From assembly GCA_002269645.1 (NCBI GenBank), contig NIVC01000917.1, positions 124,001 through 188,000 of the forward strand: 64,000 nt of DNA. Direction: 5' to 3'. The position numbers were made by a program, and so were the translations under genes. The stretch's first letter is position 1. Each line of letters opens with the position of its first letter. Below, piece by piece: positions 35,522-64,000 of this stretch. The stretch comes from Macrostomum lignano. Lineage: Eukaryota. The notes under the pieces were generated by a model. That model worked only from the letters and a program-made list of their open reading frames with translations. It had not been told where the DNA came from and made no database searches.

Positions 35522-36529
35522 ATGGCGTCAGTGCGTCCGATCGGCAATCGAGAGCACCTCAGCGGTAGTCTCCGCTCCCTTACGGCCGCACTCGCCCAGC
35601 TCCGGGTTCACCTCATCCGGTGCGGAGCGGCCACCGCGCCAGTCGTCAGGGCCGGCTGCAGCAGCAGCAGTAAAAAAAGCAACAAGCAGGGCCTCTGCGT
35701 GGACACTCAGCACGGCCGGGACAAGCTCTGCCGTCTGTCCGAGCGCCTGCTCGCGAGCGTTCGCTCGGCTAGGGAAGCGGCTAGAGGCAGCGGCAACGGC
35801 GGCAGCCAGGAGACCTTGGCAGCTCTGGCGCAGGCTGCCAGACTGGCCGCCATCTCTCAAATCCGAGCCGCTAATCTCGTTGACCGATTCGATGCCGCTG
35901 CGCATGGCGGCTCGCCGGCCACCGCCTCTGCAGCCAATTCGGTTGCTTCTGCGGCTCCTTCGCCAACTTTCGGCGTCCCGCCGGCTGCAGCAGCCGCCTC
36001 TGGCACTGCTGACCGAGAAAGTCATCGATCGCTGCACTCGTCTCTGTGCAGCAGCTCGGCCGGCAGCGGACGGCGATCGCGCACCCCCGACGCTGCCGCC
36101 AATATCGACACGGTCGCCGTCGTTTTCTCTACCTGCTCCGGGAGCCTGTGGGCGGACGCTCGCGCCGTCTGGATGATAGCGGCTGAGCTGGACCCGGACG
36201 GCCGGTTGGACAATCCGGACACGGAAGCCGCTAACTTTGACGCCGAAGATTTTTTCAACGGCGACAAGAACAGAGCGGCTGTCGAAGAGGCGGAGAAAGC
36301 GGCTGCTTCGGCCAAGTCTGACGAACTGCTGCTGATCGATGGCGACGAGAACTGCGACGCCGAGTTGAACGGCAAGCAGCTGCAGCTGACAATGATGTCC
36401 AATGGCGGCGGCGCCGCTGACGGCAGATCGGGACAGAACAGTCTGCCTGATGAGAAGGCCGGCGGCGGCGGCAAAAGCGGCAGACTGGATCCGCCGGCGC
36501 GGTTCAGTCTGTGCCTGCTGTGCAAGTAG
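35522..36529 (+). CDS. Uncharacterised single-coding-exon protein (~335 aa), helical N-half and acidic C-half
   Basis: Long GC-rich ORF with the same codon style as neighbouring genes; first ATG at 35522. No family recognised. Confidence 0.65.
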   Translation: MASVRPIGNREHLSGSLRSLTAALAQLRVHLIRCGAATAPVVRAGCSSSSKKSNKQGLCVDTQHGRDKLCRLSERLLASVRSAREAARGSGNGGSQETLAALAQAARLAAISQIRAANLVDRFDAAAHGGSPATASAANSVASAAPSPTFGVPPAAAAASGTADRESHRSLHSSLCSSSAGSGRRSRTPDAAANIDTVAVVFSTCSGSLWADARAVWMIAAELDPDGRLDNPDTEAANFDAEDFFNGDKNRAAVEEAEKAAASAKSDELLLIDGDENCDAELNGKQLQLTMMSNGGGAADGRSGQNSLPDEKAGGGGKSGRLDPPARFSLCLLCK

Positions 36530-38661
36530 GCACACAGAAGCGGCATCGCTCACCAAATATTCGAACGCGCGTCTCTACCTGTGAGAGACCGTAGCTTCAG
36601 CGTTTAAGACACCTTTGCGAATAAGATACATTTCGATGCAAATCTTTTAGTCTCTGTCTTTAGGCATTATCTCCGGTTTTCTATGCACGAGTTACCTGTC
36701 AAAATGGAACTCTTTCGGCTCAGCTCAGTTCCTACTGAGCCTTCGGCCCTAATCCTGTTCTGCTTAATTTTCACAGCACCGTCCGCGGTCTCTTGCTAAG
36801 CCTCTCTTTGATTTATTTCGTCTTTGCACGGGCTGGGAAACCTGCAAGTTAATCCTTCAAATATGAATATGTAGATGCAAGATGCTATTAACAAGATTCA
36901 GTTATTACTCTCCGATTAATATACTTTGTGCGAGTAATTTTTTATACCTCTATCATTCATTCGGGCTTCTGGATAAGATTCTCCCGAGATGCGACACTCT
37001 CTGCTTCAAGCCTGTAATATTTCTCTCGGTTGTTCGTTTCTTCAGTTAAGCGCAAATCCAAGCCTTTCATTAGAGCAGCAAATTCTTTGCGATAGACAGA
37101 GACAGACAGAGACAGAGGATATCCAATGAAGAAGAAGAAGAGCATGAGCACCTGCAGGAGAGGCAGCCGGATTTCTGTTATAATGATGGGCAAAGCTTGA
37201 TTGCAAGCCGTAGTCACAGCAGAGCGCTAGACCAGGGCAAATAAGAGGCGAGCAGTGAACAAGAAAATTGCTGACGTCGCTGCGAGAGAGAGAGAGAAAA
37301 AGAGGGAAAAGATTGCAGGGAATACGCGACAAGAAAAATTGCTTTTTCACTTCCCCATCCCCCGGCAATTTGGCGTAGTCATGTGCTCGATTCCCAACCA
37401 GATTCTCACCTGCAGCGCCCCCCCCCCGGGATTTGCGCTTGTTATTGCCTGCCTGCTGTATAGTTCTCAGCTGAATGGGGAGTGGGACTTCGGCATAGGG
37501 GAAGGGGATTTCCAGCTGGCTAATTACCGATCCCCAGCGATGGCGGATCAGCTTCACATCTGGCTCGACACGGTTCGATTGCGACAGGCGTCGCGGGTCA
37601 GTCAGAAACTTCACTAATCAGCGCAAAGCTCATTTCTGCCTCCAATTAGGGACTGATAGATCTGCCTTTGTGCCGGAGTTTTCCCACTGGCCCTTTGATT
37701 AGCAGGCAGGATATGCTTTCAGTGTTCACCAGGCAGCAGAGCATTATAAAGCTTAAAACGTCACATAGAGACGGTAAGCAATGATTCGACTTATTACCAT
37801 TAACATAACAAAGTACCTTGTCCTCGTAATGGAATTCTTAACTTAACTACATGTACAATGTAAATTGATCGGAAACAGACTTTCGTGTGTGATAGATTAG
37901 CATTAGCAAGCTATAATGCAGATTAATCATTACTAATGAATATTCTTCTAAATTGGGAGAAGAATTTACCAGAAGTCTAAGGGTTTCAATAAAATTTCCC
38001 ACACGGAGGAGTTTTCTTAATAAGCCTGCTTAACTGTTCCATCCAAACTCTACCAAATAATATTAAGGTCGTCTCAGTAATCATTCTCTTTGATAGTTTC
38101 CAAGGACTTCTAAATAAAATTTCACTGTTAAGCAGCCTTAATCAGCACTGAGAGCATTGTACACGACGAGAAATTGTGCAAGCAGAGCTAGAGAAAGAGC
38201 GAGTACAGTTATTAGACTCTCTCACAATATCGCACAATCATTCAACGGCTGCAAGTGGCATTCATATTTACTCGCTTTTTCTTCCTTCCAAGTGAGCGAG
38301 AAGAGAGGTAGGTTGGTGACAGACAGATAGAGCCAAAAAGCAGAGCTCGCAGGCCCCCGCTCTGCTCAGCCAATGCTTTTTTGCCTACCAAAAGCGCTGA
38401 GCGTAGACTGTCGCCCTTAGCAACTAGCCACCTTCCCACTCCCTACCTGGCTGGCCCTCTACCAACCTGTACAAAAGCTCTGTCCTCCAGCACCCCGGCA
38501 GTATTGTACGCGCTCGCCTTCTGCACGTCTGGACAAGGGATTCCTGCGCATTTTTATCCTCTATCCTGAGCAGCTGCTAGAAGCAGAGCTAGAAAGCTTC
38601 AGCTGCTTTCTTCATTAAGTAAAGCAATTGCTAAACGATAGTTAGATTGTCAGAGTCGGCG

Positions 38662-41600
38662 ATGTCTGTCCAGAAGCAGCAGCAGGCAGCGCTGGGCCAG
38701 TCGTCGCAGCTGCCCGACGTGTCGGAGCTCCTATCGGACGCCCAGTCGGAGTTGACGGCGCTTCGCGAGCGCGTGGCCGACGCGGTCAGGGCTGGGAGCG
38801 CCGCCGACCAGGCGGAGTTACGCGATGCGCTGGCCAGAGTGGAGAGCAGCTGCGGGCCCGCTCGCTGCAGCTGCTGGAACGGATCGACAACCGAGTGCGC
38901 GCGGTGCCGAGCCTGGAGGACCAGCTGTTTGAGTCGCAGAGGCTGCAACAGCTGGACCAAATGCAGTGGCAGCAGCTGCAGCAGGAGGCTTCGAATGTTC
39001 AGCAGCCTTGGATCAGCAGCCTCAGCCCTGGCGAGCAGTGGAAGCAGTTGCAGGCATTCAAGGCGCTAGCCGATCCCCACAATCCGTTCAACCGGCCCCT
39101 CATGCGGGACCGGTACGCCGTGGCCCTGCCCCGACTCGGCGGCAGCCAGGCCTCCGAAGCCCCGGCCGCCGCCATCGTTCGCGGATCAAACGTTGACAAG
39201 CCCGCACCGTTGCCGCGCGCCAACCGCATTGATTCGTCAATGCCGCCGCCGCCGATTACTGAGGATGATGCTCGTCGTGGCATCCTATCGCTAATGCAGC
39301 GTGGGTTAATTCCCCCAGCCTCCAAGCTCACTCTGGATCCCAGCCCAATCCGACAGCGGACCATGCTCATGCACGACCCAGCTGAGCGACGCGACCAAGC
39401 CGACTCCGATGACGTTGTGAGATTGGCACGGCGCCTCTGCGCTGTGAAAACCGATGCTAACTCGGTGAAGTCTTCCCAACAGAAGGAGCAAAAGCAGAAT
39501 CCGCAGCTGGGATCCGCGTCCGGACCGCCGCCTCCGTCAACCCCTACTGCCATGGCAATGGTATCGCGATCCGTATCAGCTTCGGCAACAGCGGTGACGA
39601 AATTCGTAGTGCAGAACGGGCACGCCAGAACGGAGGCGGCTGACTTCAAGGCCTTTCGACAGCGCTACTGTCTCGATTGGGGCTCCGTGGCCTCTGCCAT
39701 CCGCGCAATGGAGCAGTGGCTACAGGCTTACTCTGTGCCTATTGCTTTTGTTAACGGCGAAAAGCTGTTTGAATTGGCGATCTGGTATGAGCTCGAGGGC
39801 CGGATTAGCAACCAGTGGGAACTGCTGGATTGCCTCATCAACCGGGAGGATGTGCAGCGCCTGGTTGAACAGCCGGGTCGCCGGTTCACCGGACCAAGCG
39901 GTCGAGAGCGGGCCAGCACTATAATCCAGGCTGTCTGGCGGGGCCATCAGAAGCGTAAAGAATATAGGTAGGTTTGTGTGCCAGCTACTATTAGTAGCTT
40001 CGCTAACGCTTGTTATTGTCATTGTTTATTGTGTAACAACATTCGCTTTCATTATCCCCCCGCACAAAAACAAGGGAGTACAAGCGAAAAAAGTGGGCCG
40101 CCGGAATCATCGCTATCGAATGGATCTTGCACCTGCGCCTACTCAACATCAAGGGTCAGCTGAAGGAGACTCGTTCGCGCCAGCTTGACGGGTACCGGCG
40201 CCGATTCGCTAATTTGGAAGCTAGCTGGGACAACTGGCGCACCGAGCGGCGCACCATAATCCACATGCCGTCTCTGGGCTATCCGCAGCACATCCGGGAT
40301 AACATCAAGGGCCTTGGACGACTGCAAAATACCCAGATGGCTCGTCTGGGCGATCTTCGGGATCCCAACATCGACGTCATTTTGGTTAGTCCTGTACCAA
40401 TGAGCGACGAGATGCTTGCTTACTATACCACGCTCACTGGAATTCGTGGCGCTGTGGAGTCTGGACAGTTGGAAGATCAGCGCGACATCAGCGACCGCTA
40501 TCGAATTATTGTACCGGAGGCTGTTAAAAACTTTCCCCAGCACAACATGTGCCTGTCGACGCTGCTAAAGTACTCCCCTAGGGCGCTGAACCGAATTCGC
40601 AACCTGGTGCGCGGCCGCAGGGCCTACATTGTGCCAGGCTTTCCCTGCTCGGACGACCTGGCTGTAGCGGATAAACTCGATCTTCCGATTCTCTGCTCGG
40701 AACCCGAGGTAACGGAACTCTATGGCACAAAGTCCGGTGCCAAGCGAGTCTTTCAGGCCGCCAGTGTGCCAACGCCACCGAGCGACTTTGACATTTACTC
40801 GTCTGGACAGCTGCAGGACTGCCTGGCTCAGCTGATTACTGAAAACCTGAGCGTTCGACGCTGGCTGCTCAAAATGGACACGGAGTTCGACGGCCGCGGC
40901 ATCGCCTACTTGGACGCCGACCGGCTGCCCTGCTTCGAATGGGCGCTCCGAGAGCGGCAGCGCTTCGGTGAAAACTGGAGCCAGAAGTGGGCTCAGGAGA
41001 AAGTCTACCTGAAGGTGTCGGAGGAGCTACCAGCTCTGCTGCGAGCTCACGGTCGGGTCGCCTGTCCGGAGGCCTATCCGAACTGGCAGGACTTCATGAA
41101 CGAGTTCACAAGCCAGGGCGGGATTGTGGAAGCCACGCCACCGACTGAGGGCATTGTAGCCTGCGTCACTGTGGACCTGTGCATTGAACCAACCGGAAAC
41201 ATTCGAATTGTCAGTTGCGGGGATCAGGTACGTCCTGACGGGGACTTTGCAGATACTCCTTCAATTATGCACTAAAATTTAGTCAGCCATCGATGAAGTT
41301 GCACGATACATGTACCTCTGAATTATCTATACTAATACTCTTAAGTATGGGGTACAGTTAAAGGCCTCAGTTTGGTTACGTCTGCTCCAAATATGAGAGA
41401 AAACTGCTGGATTGTGCGCCGAAAAAAGCTTCTAATTTATAATATCATTCCAGGTGCGCAGCACAGAACGGCCATACGCCTGCTTAGGCGCTTCCTTGCC
41501 TCAGTGCAGCGCCATGCCATCCGTGTTGAACGACCTGTGCGAGCGCATTGGCACCGCCTGCTGGGAGAGAAAAATCTTTGGACACCTCAGCGTCGACTTC

Positions 41601-42188
41601 CTCGTGTTTGAAGACCCGGAGACCGAGAAGCAGACGGTGTGGGCAACTGACCTGAGCCTTCACTACAGCGACAGTGCCGCGATGATGCAGCTGCTACTGT
41701 TTGCAACTAACGGGCGGTTCAACCCGTTCGATCATGAGCTAACTGTGGCCATGTCGCCCGCAGAGAAAGCTGCGCTGGACAAGAAGACAAAGAAGACTGG
41801 ATTAAACATCCGGGTGAAAGGTCGCCAACGCTTTGCCGCCATGTCCACCCGTCTGTGGCATTCCAACCTGGCTGCTGTGCACTACTCAGTATTCTTCCAG
41901 ACCTGCAAGGCGCAGGGAATTGGCTATGACGTTACGGATAAGACTGGCACCCTGTTCTGCCTGGTGGACTCCTTTCAGCGGGACTGCCTGTGCATGCTGA
42001 CTCTGTCCGATGACGTTTGCTCCAGCTTGCAGTTGTTTGCCAAAAACCTGTCAATGATTAATCAGGAGATCTCCACGCCTGAAATGAAAGGCCGCACGAA
42101 CTTCCAGGGTTTGGCTGCCGATCTGGATGAAGCTATCGCTGTTGAAAAGACCAAAGAATCCTCCAGGCCGCAGTCGACAAAGGAGTGA
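38662..42188 (+). CDS. IQCH: IQ-motif-containing protein H; exons 38662-39967, 40075-41227, 41454-42188; 1-nt frameshift near 38846
   Basis: IQ motif IQAVWRGHQKR; EYKRKKWAAGIIAIEW, RRTIIHMPSLGY, TPPSDFDIYS, RRWLLKMD, GGIVEATPP and CGDQ resemble IQCH. Splice phases are consistent (2, then 0). Confidence 0.85.
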
Positions 42189-42967
42189 CTGCAAACTGAC
42201 CGATTTGGCTTTGCTATCACCGTAGACTACTCTTAATAGCAGAGTTAAACTGTTTAAAGCACGTCTCAGAAACTAAACGTTTTCCTTTTTTGTACTAACA
42301 GACAGAAGTTATGCATCGAAAATAGTTATCATTAATACAATTGAATGTTTTTTATTACTAAATAGAAAACTGGTTTGTATTTAGTGTTCTTTGATGTTCT
42401 TCATATATATATATATATATGACTGAATTTGCTTGAATTGGTAGGCAGGCTGGGCGGATCAGTCTCGAACAAAGCCTCTTGCGAGCTATCATCCTCGTTA
42501 CATTTACCTTTGTACTACTCATCTCAAGGCCGTTGCTGACGTGTAAATGCAAACATCCCTACGTACTTTATGGGCTCTACATTCTAAACGCAGGCTATGC
42601 TTTTCCTAGTTTTCCACATGAATTCGAGTAAAAAAGAAGCAATTCTGGCGCTTGCGTCTGATCGTACAAGGTCAAGGATTTCCTGTGCACAGAATAAATA
42701 AAGTGAATGTCTAACTAACGTCATAGTTATCCCTTTGCTAATAAGGTACAACTTTTTGGATTACCGCGGGCAACGCATCAATCAGTACGAAAGCAGAATT
42801 AGAGCTATGCTTAAAGTAGAATAAGGCCGGAAATTAAAAACCGAAAGCTGCTTCACTGGGCAGGCAGCGATTTGTCTATCGAGTTGGGACGAAATTTGAA
42901 ACAACTGGAGCAGTCGGTTCGAAACGGCCTGTGAACTGTCTATGCGTCGGCATAGTAACGCACTGAA

Positions 42968-44182
42968 TCAGCCAAACAGCATAAGCATCGACCGCTCGGT
43001 GGTTGAGTTTGAGAACTCGGGGTTTGCCAGCGAACAGACCAATCGAAGACGGTGACCGCGAGGCGGAAGCTGCAACAACTGCACCATGGCAACCGGTGCT
43101 AGGTAAAACGGAGTATCGCTCCGATAGGGAAAGAAGTACCGGGGAAAGTAAGCGAAATATTCTGACAAGTGCCGCACTGCGGGATAGAAGGCCAGCGGCA
43201 GACTCGCGCCAGTCAGAGAGTCGGTCGCTCGGCATCGAACCCTGGGATCGCTTGAGTAATTGCCGCTCATTCGGGAGCCCGGACTCAGCATCAGACACGG
43301 CTGTTTATTAAAGTAGCCAAAACCAGCGTATGCGTTGCATGGCCCCAACGGACCGGTTGATGGAATGCACACCTCGCCACCGCGGGGGTACCTGCAGTGG
43401 AACGAGGGACAGACTGTAATTGATACAAGTGTTGGTGGCAGCGGTGGGAAGAGTCTTTTGAAGACAAGCGATCTCGTTGAATCCTTTGTTAGCCATTGTG
43501 AGACTAGAATATGTCAAGAATGCTTCGATCGATAACTGCTTGCATGCATTTCAAATGCAGACGTGTGGAACAAGCGCACATTTTTAATGCTCGACTCTGG
43601 TGCAAGAGCGCATTGTAAATGTACGTGTCTGGCACAGGCCCGCATCTGAATGCAACTTGAGCTCGGGTTATTTATGGCCTGGATGTTTTATGGGTACTTT
43701 GATGATTTAGCCCATCAAGTGAGTGAAGTTCTGACACTGAGACGTGCACCCAAATTTAGTCTTCAATTAGAAACAACTGATTAGTATCTTTAACTTCAGA
43801 TGGCTCACCTGCCTAATTTGACGCAGTCGACTGCCTTAAAGCCGCCCCAGGCCAGCAGGGGCCGCCAGTGAACAGCCGAGGCCGCTCTGGTGAGCTTCTC
43901 CGACAGTCGCCCAGCAGCCTCCTCCATTGTGGTTGCCGAGGCTTCGAGGCTTCGAGGCTCGAGCCGGATGAAATCCGCCGCGGCCACAGCCGACCCGTCT
44001 GACGGGGACGTCAGCAGCAGGGTGACCACAGTGGCGAACGTGGCCACAAACAGCAGCAGCACGGCGGCGGCGCCGATTGCCTGAGCGCGCAGCTGCCCAT
44101 CGCCAGTCGAATCGGCGGCGTCCTCCTCGGCAGCAGCAGCCGCCGCCGCCACCGTGGCCGCCTCGGCTTCGGCCGACGTCAT
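42968..44182 (-). CDS. Divergent Na+/K+-ATPase beta-subunit-like protein; exons 44182-43809 and 43391-42968, 265 aa
   Basis: Type II TM segment; six extracellular Cys in the beta-subunit order; LGPCN..GFGY...PC and FPRYFFPY....YLAPVAMVQL motifs; phase-2 junction in frame. Confidence 0.8.
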
Positions 44183-45189
44183 TCGGTACCGACTGGAACG
44201 GACGCGGCCTCGGTTGCTGCTGCTGTCACTGCACTTCGCTGACTGATGAAGCATCTCGTGGTCAAGTTATCTTACTAGACAGTGAAGTCCCGGCTCGCTC
44301 TGATCTCAGCTATCCAAGCGTTTGAGAGCATCCCCGCAGATTTTTGTGTACTTTTTTGCGCGTCCTTGTTTTCCCCCAAGAGCAGGACTAAGCAAATAAA
44401 TGTTTGTGCAAGCGCTACTGCGGGATGCAGCTGGCCTCTTCACTGCCCGGCGGCGCGTGCAACCAGGTTGAAAAGATTTATGACCGCTGACTGCCCCGCC
44501 CGAGAGCCAATGAAGTCTTGCGAGTGAGACGAGTCCCAGGCTGCTTTGTATAGCGGCACAGGAGGGGGGTCGAGAGAGACAGTGGGGGGGGGGAGGGAGA
44601 GATGAGAAGGAAACAAGGATGATGCGGAATGCGATAGGCTATAGATGAAAAAAATCACGCCTCAATGTAAGAGAGAGCGAACTGGGATCCCGTGACCGCA
44701 CAGTGGGCGGCTAAGCTCTCTTTCCATCTGTCCTTCTCTCTGTCTGGTTCTGAGTGAATTGGATTGGGACGAGGCGGCTGGCAGGCTCAGAAAGGACGGA
44801 GATGCACACAGAGAGAAGTAGAGATAGAGAGCAGGTGATTGGAGGGCCTGCATGGGGTGTGTAAACCACTCTGATTGATGAGGCGCCATGTAGCAACTCA
44901 AAGCTCAATAGCTGGAGACCCTCTGTGCAGCGTATTTTTTCAATTTTAGCAGTGCCGGATGAGCGCTGTCGTAAAAAGTCTGACGTTGCCAGCTGCAGTG
45001 TTTGATGATGTCTTTAGATACATTGCCTTGACCACACCAGTGTAATAGACTTTAAGAGAGGCTGATAATTATTTCAGAACTGGTTCAGTCCTCTGCATTC
45101 ATTGAATTTGGTAACATTACAGTGGACTCATGTTAGAAGTTGAAAGGAGTAAGGGATAGAAGAGATCTCGGTGATTAAAGGCTACATGA

Positions 45190-45310
45190 AGGGAATGCAG
45201 GGATTGCAGGGATTGCAGGGATTGCAGGGATCGCAGGGATTGCATGGATTGCAGGGATCACAGGAATTTCAGGGATTGCAGGGATTGCAGGGATTGCAAG
45301 GATCGCAAAG
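45190..45310. repeat. 9-bp tandem repeat (GGGATTGCA)
   Basis: Read directly. Confidence 0.9.
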
Positions 45311-46397
45311 GTTGCCGGGAGTTTCTGAGAGTAAAGCTGCTACAGCAAAATACAGCCCCGAACTGAACTGCTCAAAGTAGGCTGAATGGAGTACTTTCTT
45401 GCATTGCCTAATGAGTTAATAAAGATACCCAAGGCTTAGCACGGTCAAGTAATTCCGTAGCAAATACAGCAGATACATCGCACGACATTCACTAATTGCG
45501 AGAGTGGCCCAGCCCCAGCTATAGACTGTAATTAGCAAGAGGAAATTAAATTTGGGTCAGTGCTAGCTAAGCAGCAGCTTGTACTTGTAGCTCCCAAAAT
45601 TTGTTTCTATCAAGCTGCGATAAAGACGGACACCGAAGACAGCCCACCTGGGGCATTTAATTTGAATCCGAATATTTCCCTTATCTGCGAATAATTCCCC
45701 TCATCCACTTTTTAAAGTAGCAAAGCAGATAAGCTTTCCCCAGAGTCTCAGCCAGCCCTTGAGCAGTCCCGGCTGTACACAATCGGTTTGAGTAGTGTAA
45801 AAAGTACATCGCCAATCTCAAACCCCCCTACCCGCCTCCGCGTCCCATTTTCTACCAGCCGGCCCCTCCTCAAATTCTCCCCAGCTCCCCACCCCCAAAC
45901 CCTCAAATATAAAATCCATCCCTCTCTGATAGATGGCATTGGGGAGTAGGGATTGCAGGGGGTAAGAGGCAGGCAGACAGGAAGAACGTTCGGCCTCTCG
46001 CTCTGCTCCCCCTTTTCTGCTCCCTCCTGGGACAGATATCCGGGAGCCCCACGAGGGCGGGGAGAGATTGGCGAGAGGCGAGCCAAAATTGGATTGCTGC
46101 AAAGCAGAGGGACGGATGGAGGGCAGCAGGAGACCCTGGCAGAGACAGGAGCCGAGAGTACAACAGCGGCAACGAATTCCCTCGGCCTTGGCTATTCTGA
46201 GTACACCCGACTCAAGCCCACAGCCTTCCCCGCCCAGCGCTGTCGAGGCTGGGGGGATAAATTTTGGGGACGCGAGCTGCTGGTTGGCCGCGAGCTTTCC
46301 AAGAAACGTGGACTGCTAGCATGCGGGCGACGACACTTCGCTAACAGCAACCCCGCAACAGAAACAGCCGACGGACTCAGCCAGTGTTGAGCACGAA

Positions 46398-63849
<17,452 letters not shown>

Positions 63850-64000
63850 GTGAGATAAGTTATATATACGTGCATGTAAGTTACTTAAAGTAGTTAATTT
63901 AGTCGTCGCAGAGCTCCCACACGCTCATACAGGGTGTACAGCGGCCCTGCATTTCTCATCTTCAGGCATGTACACTCTGCGTGACATCCTTATCAAACTC

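Noticed and set aside
36957-37217. 86-aa minus-strand ORF with a hydrophobic stretch and charged tail (possible terminal exon)
   Set aside because: No upstream exons could be linked and no family was recognised; it may be real but is unsupported.

Overview
Eukaryotic (animal) genomic DNA. GC- and CpG-rich, Ala-rich exons alternate with introns and spacers filled by micro- and minisatellites, a style that resembles the flatworm Macrostomum (inference; no search was run). The supported genes are an aminergic GPCR (-), an RNI-like LRR protein (-), a Pro-rich MG-start orphan (-), fibrillarin (-), an intronless orphan (+), IQCH (+, one frameshift), a divergent Na,K-ATPase beta-like gene (-) and the first 11 coding exons of an SGSM/RUTBC gene (+, runs off the window). 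The mobile DNA comprises hAT-type MITEs with 8-bp TSDs, a long-TIR foldback element, two tRNA-SINE copies, a truncated RTE-like LINE and a decayed R1/LOA-like LINE. The most striking signal is a ~6.4-kb block (~21.8-28.2 kb) in which transposon copies are riddled with C>T and G>A transitions on both strands, at CpG and also at CpA/TpG, CC/GG and CT. This resembles fungal RIP or heavy methylation-deamination. An intact sister copy of one element at 11.8 kb allows the mutations to be read directly. Most long ORFs in the supplied track are artefacts of tandem repeats or of non-ATG starts.
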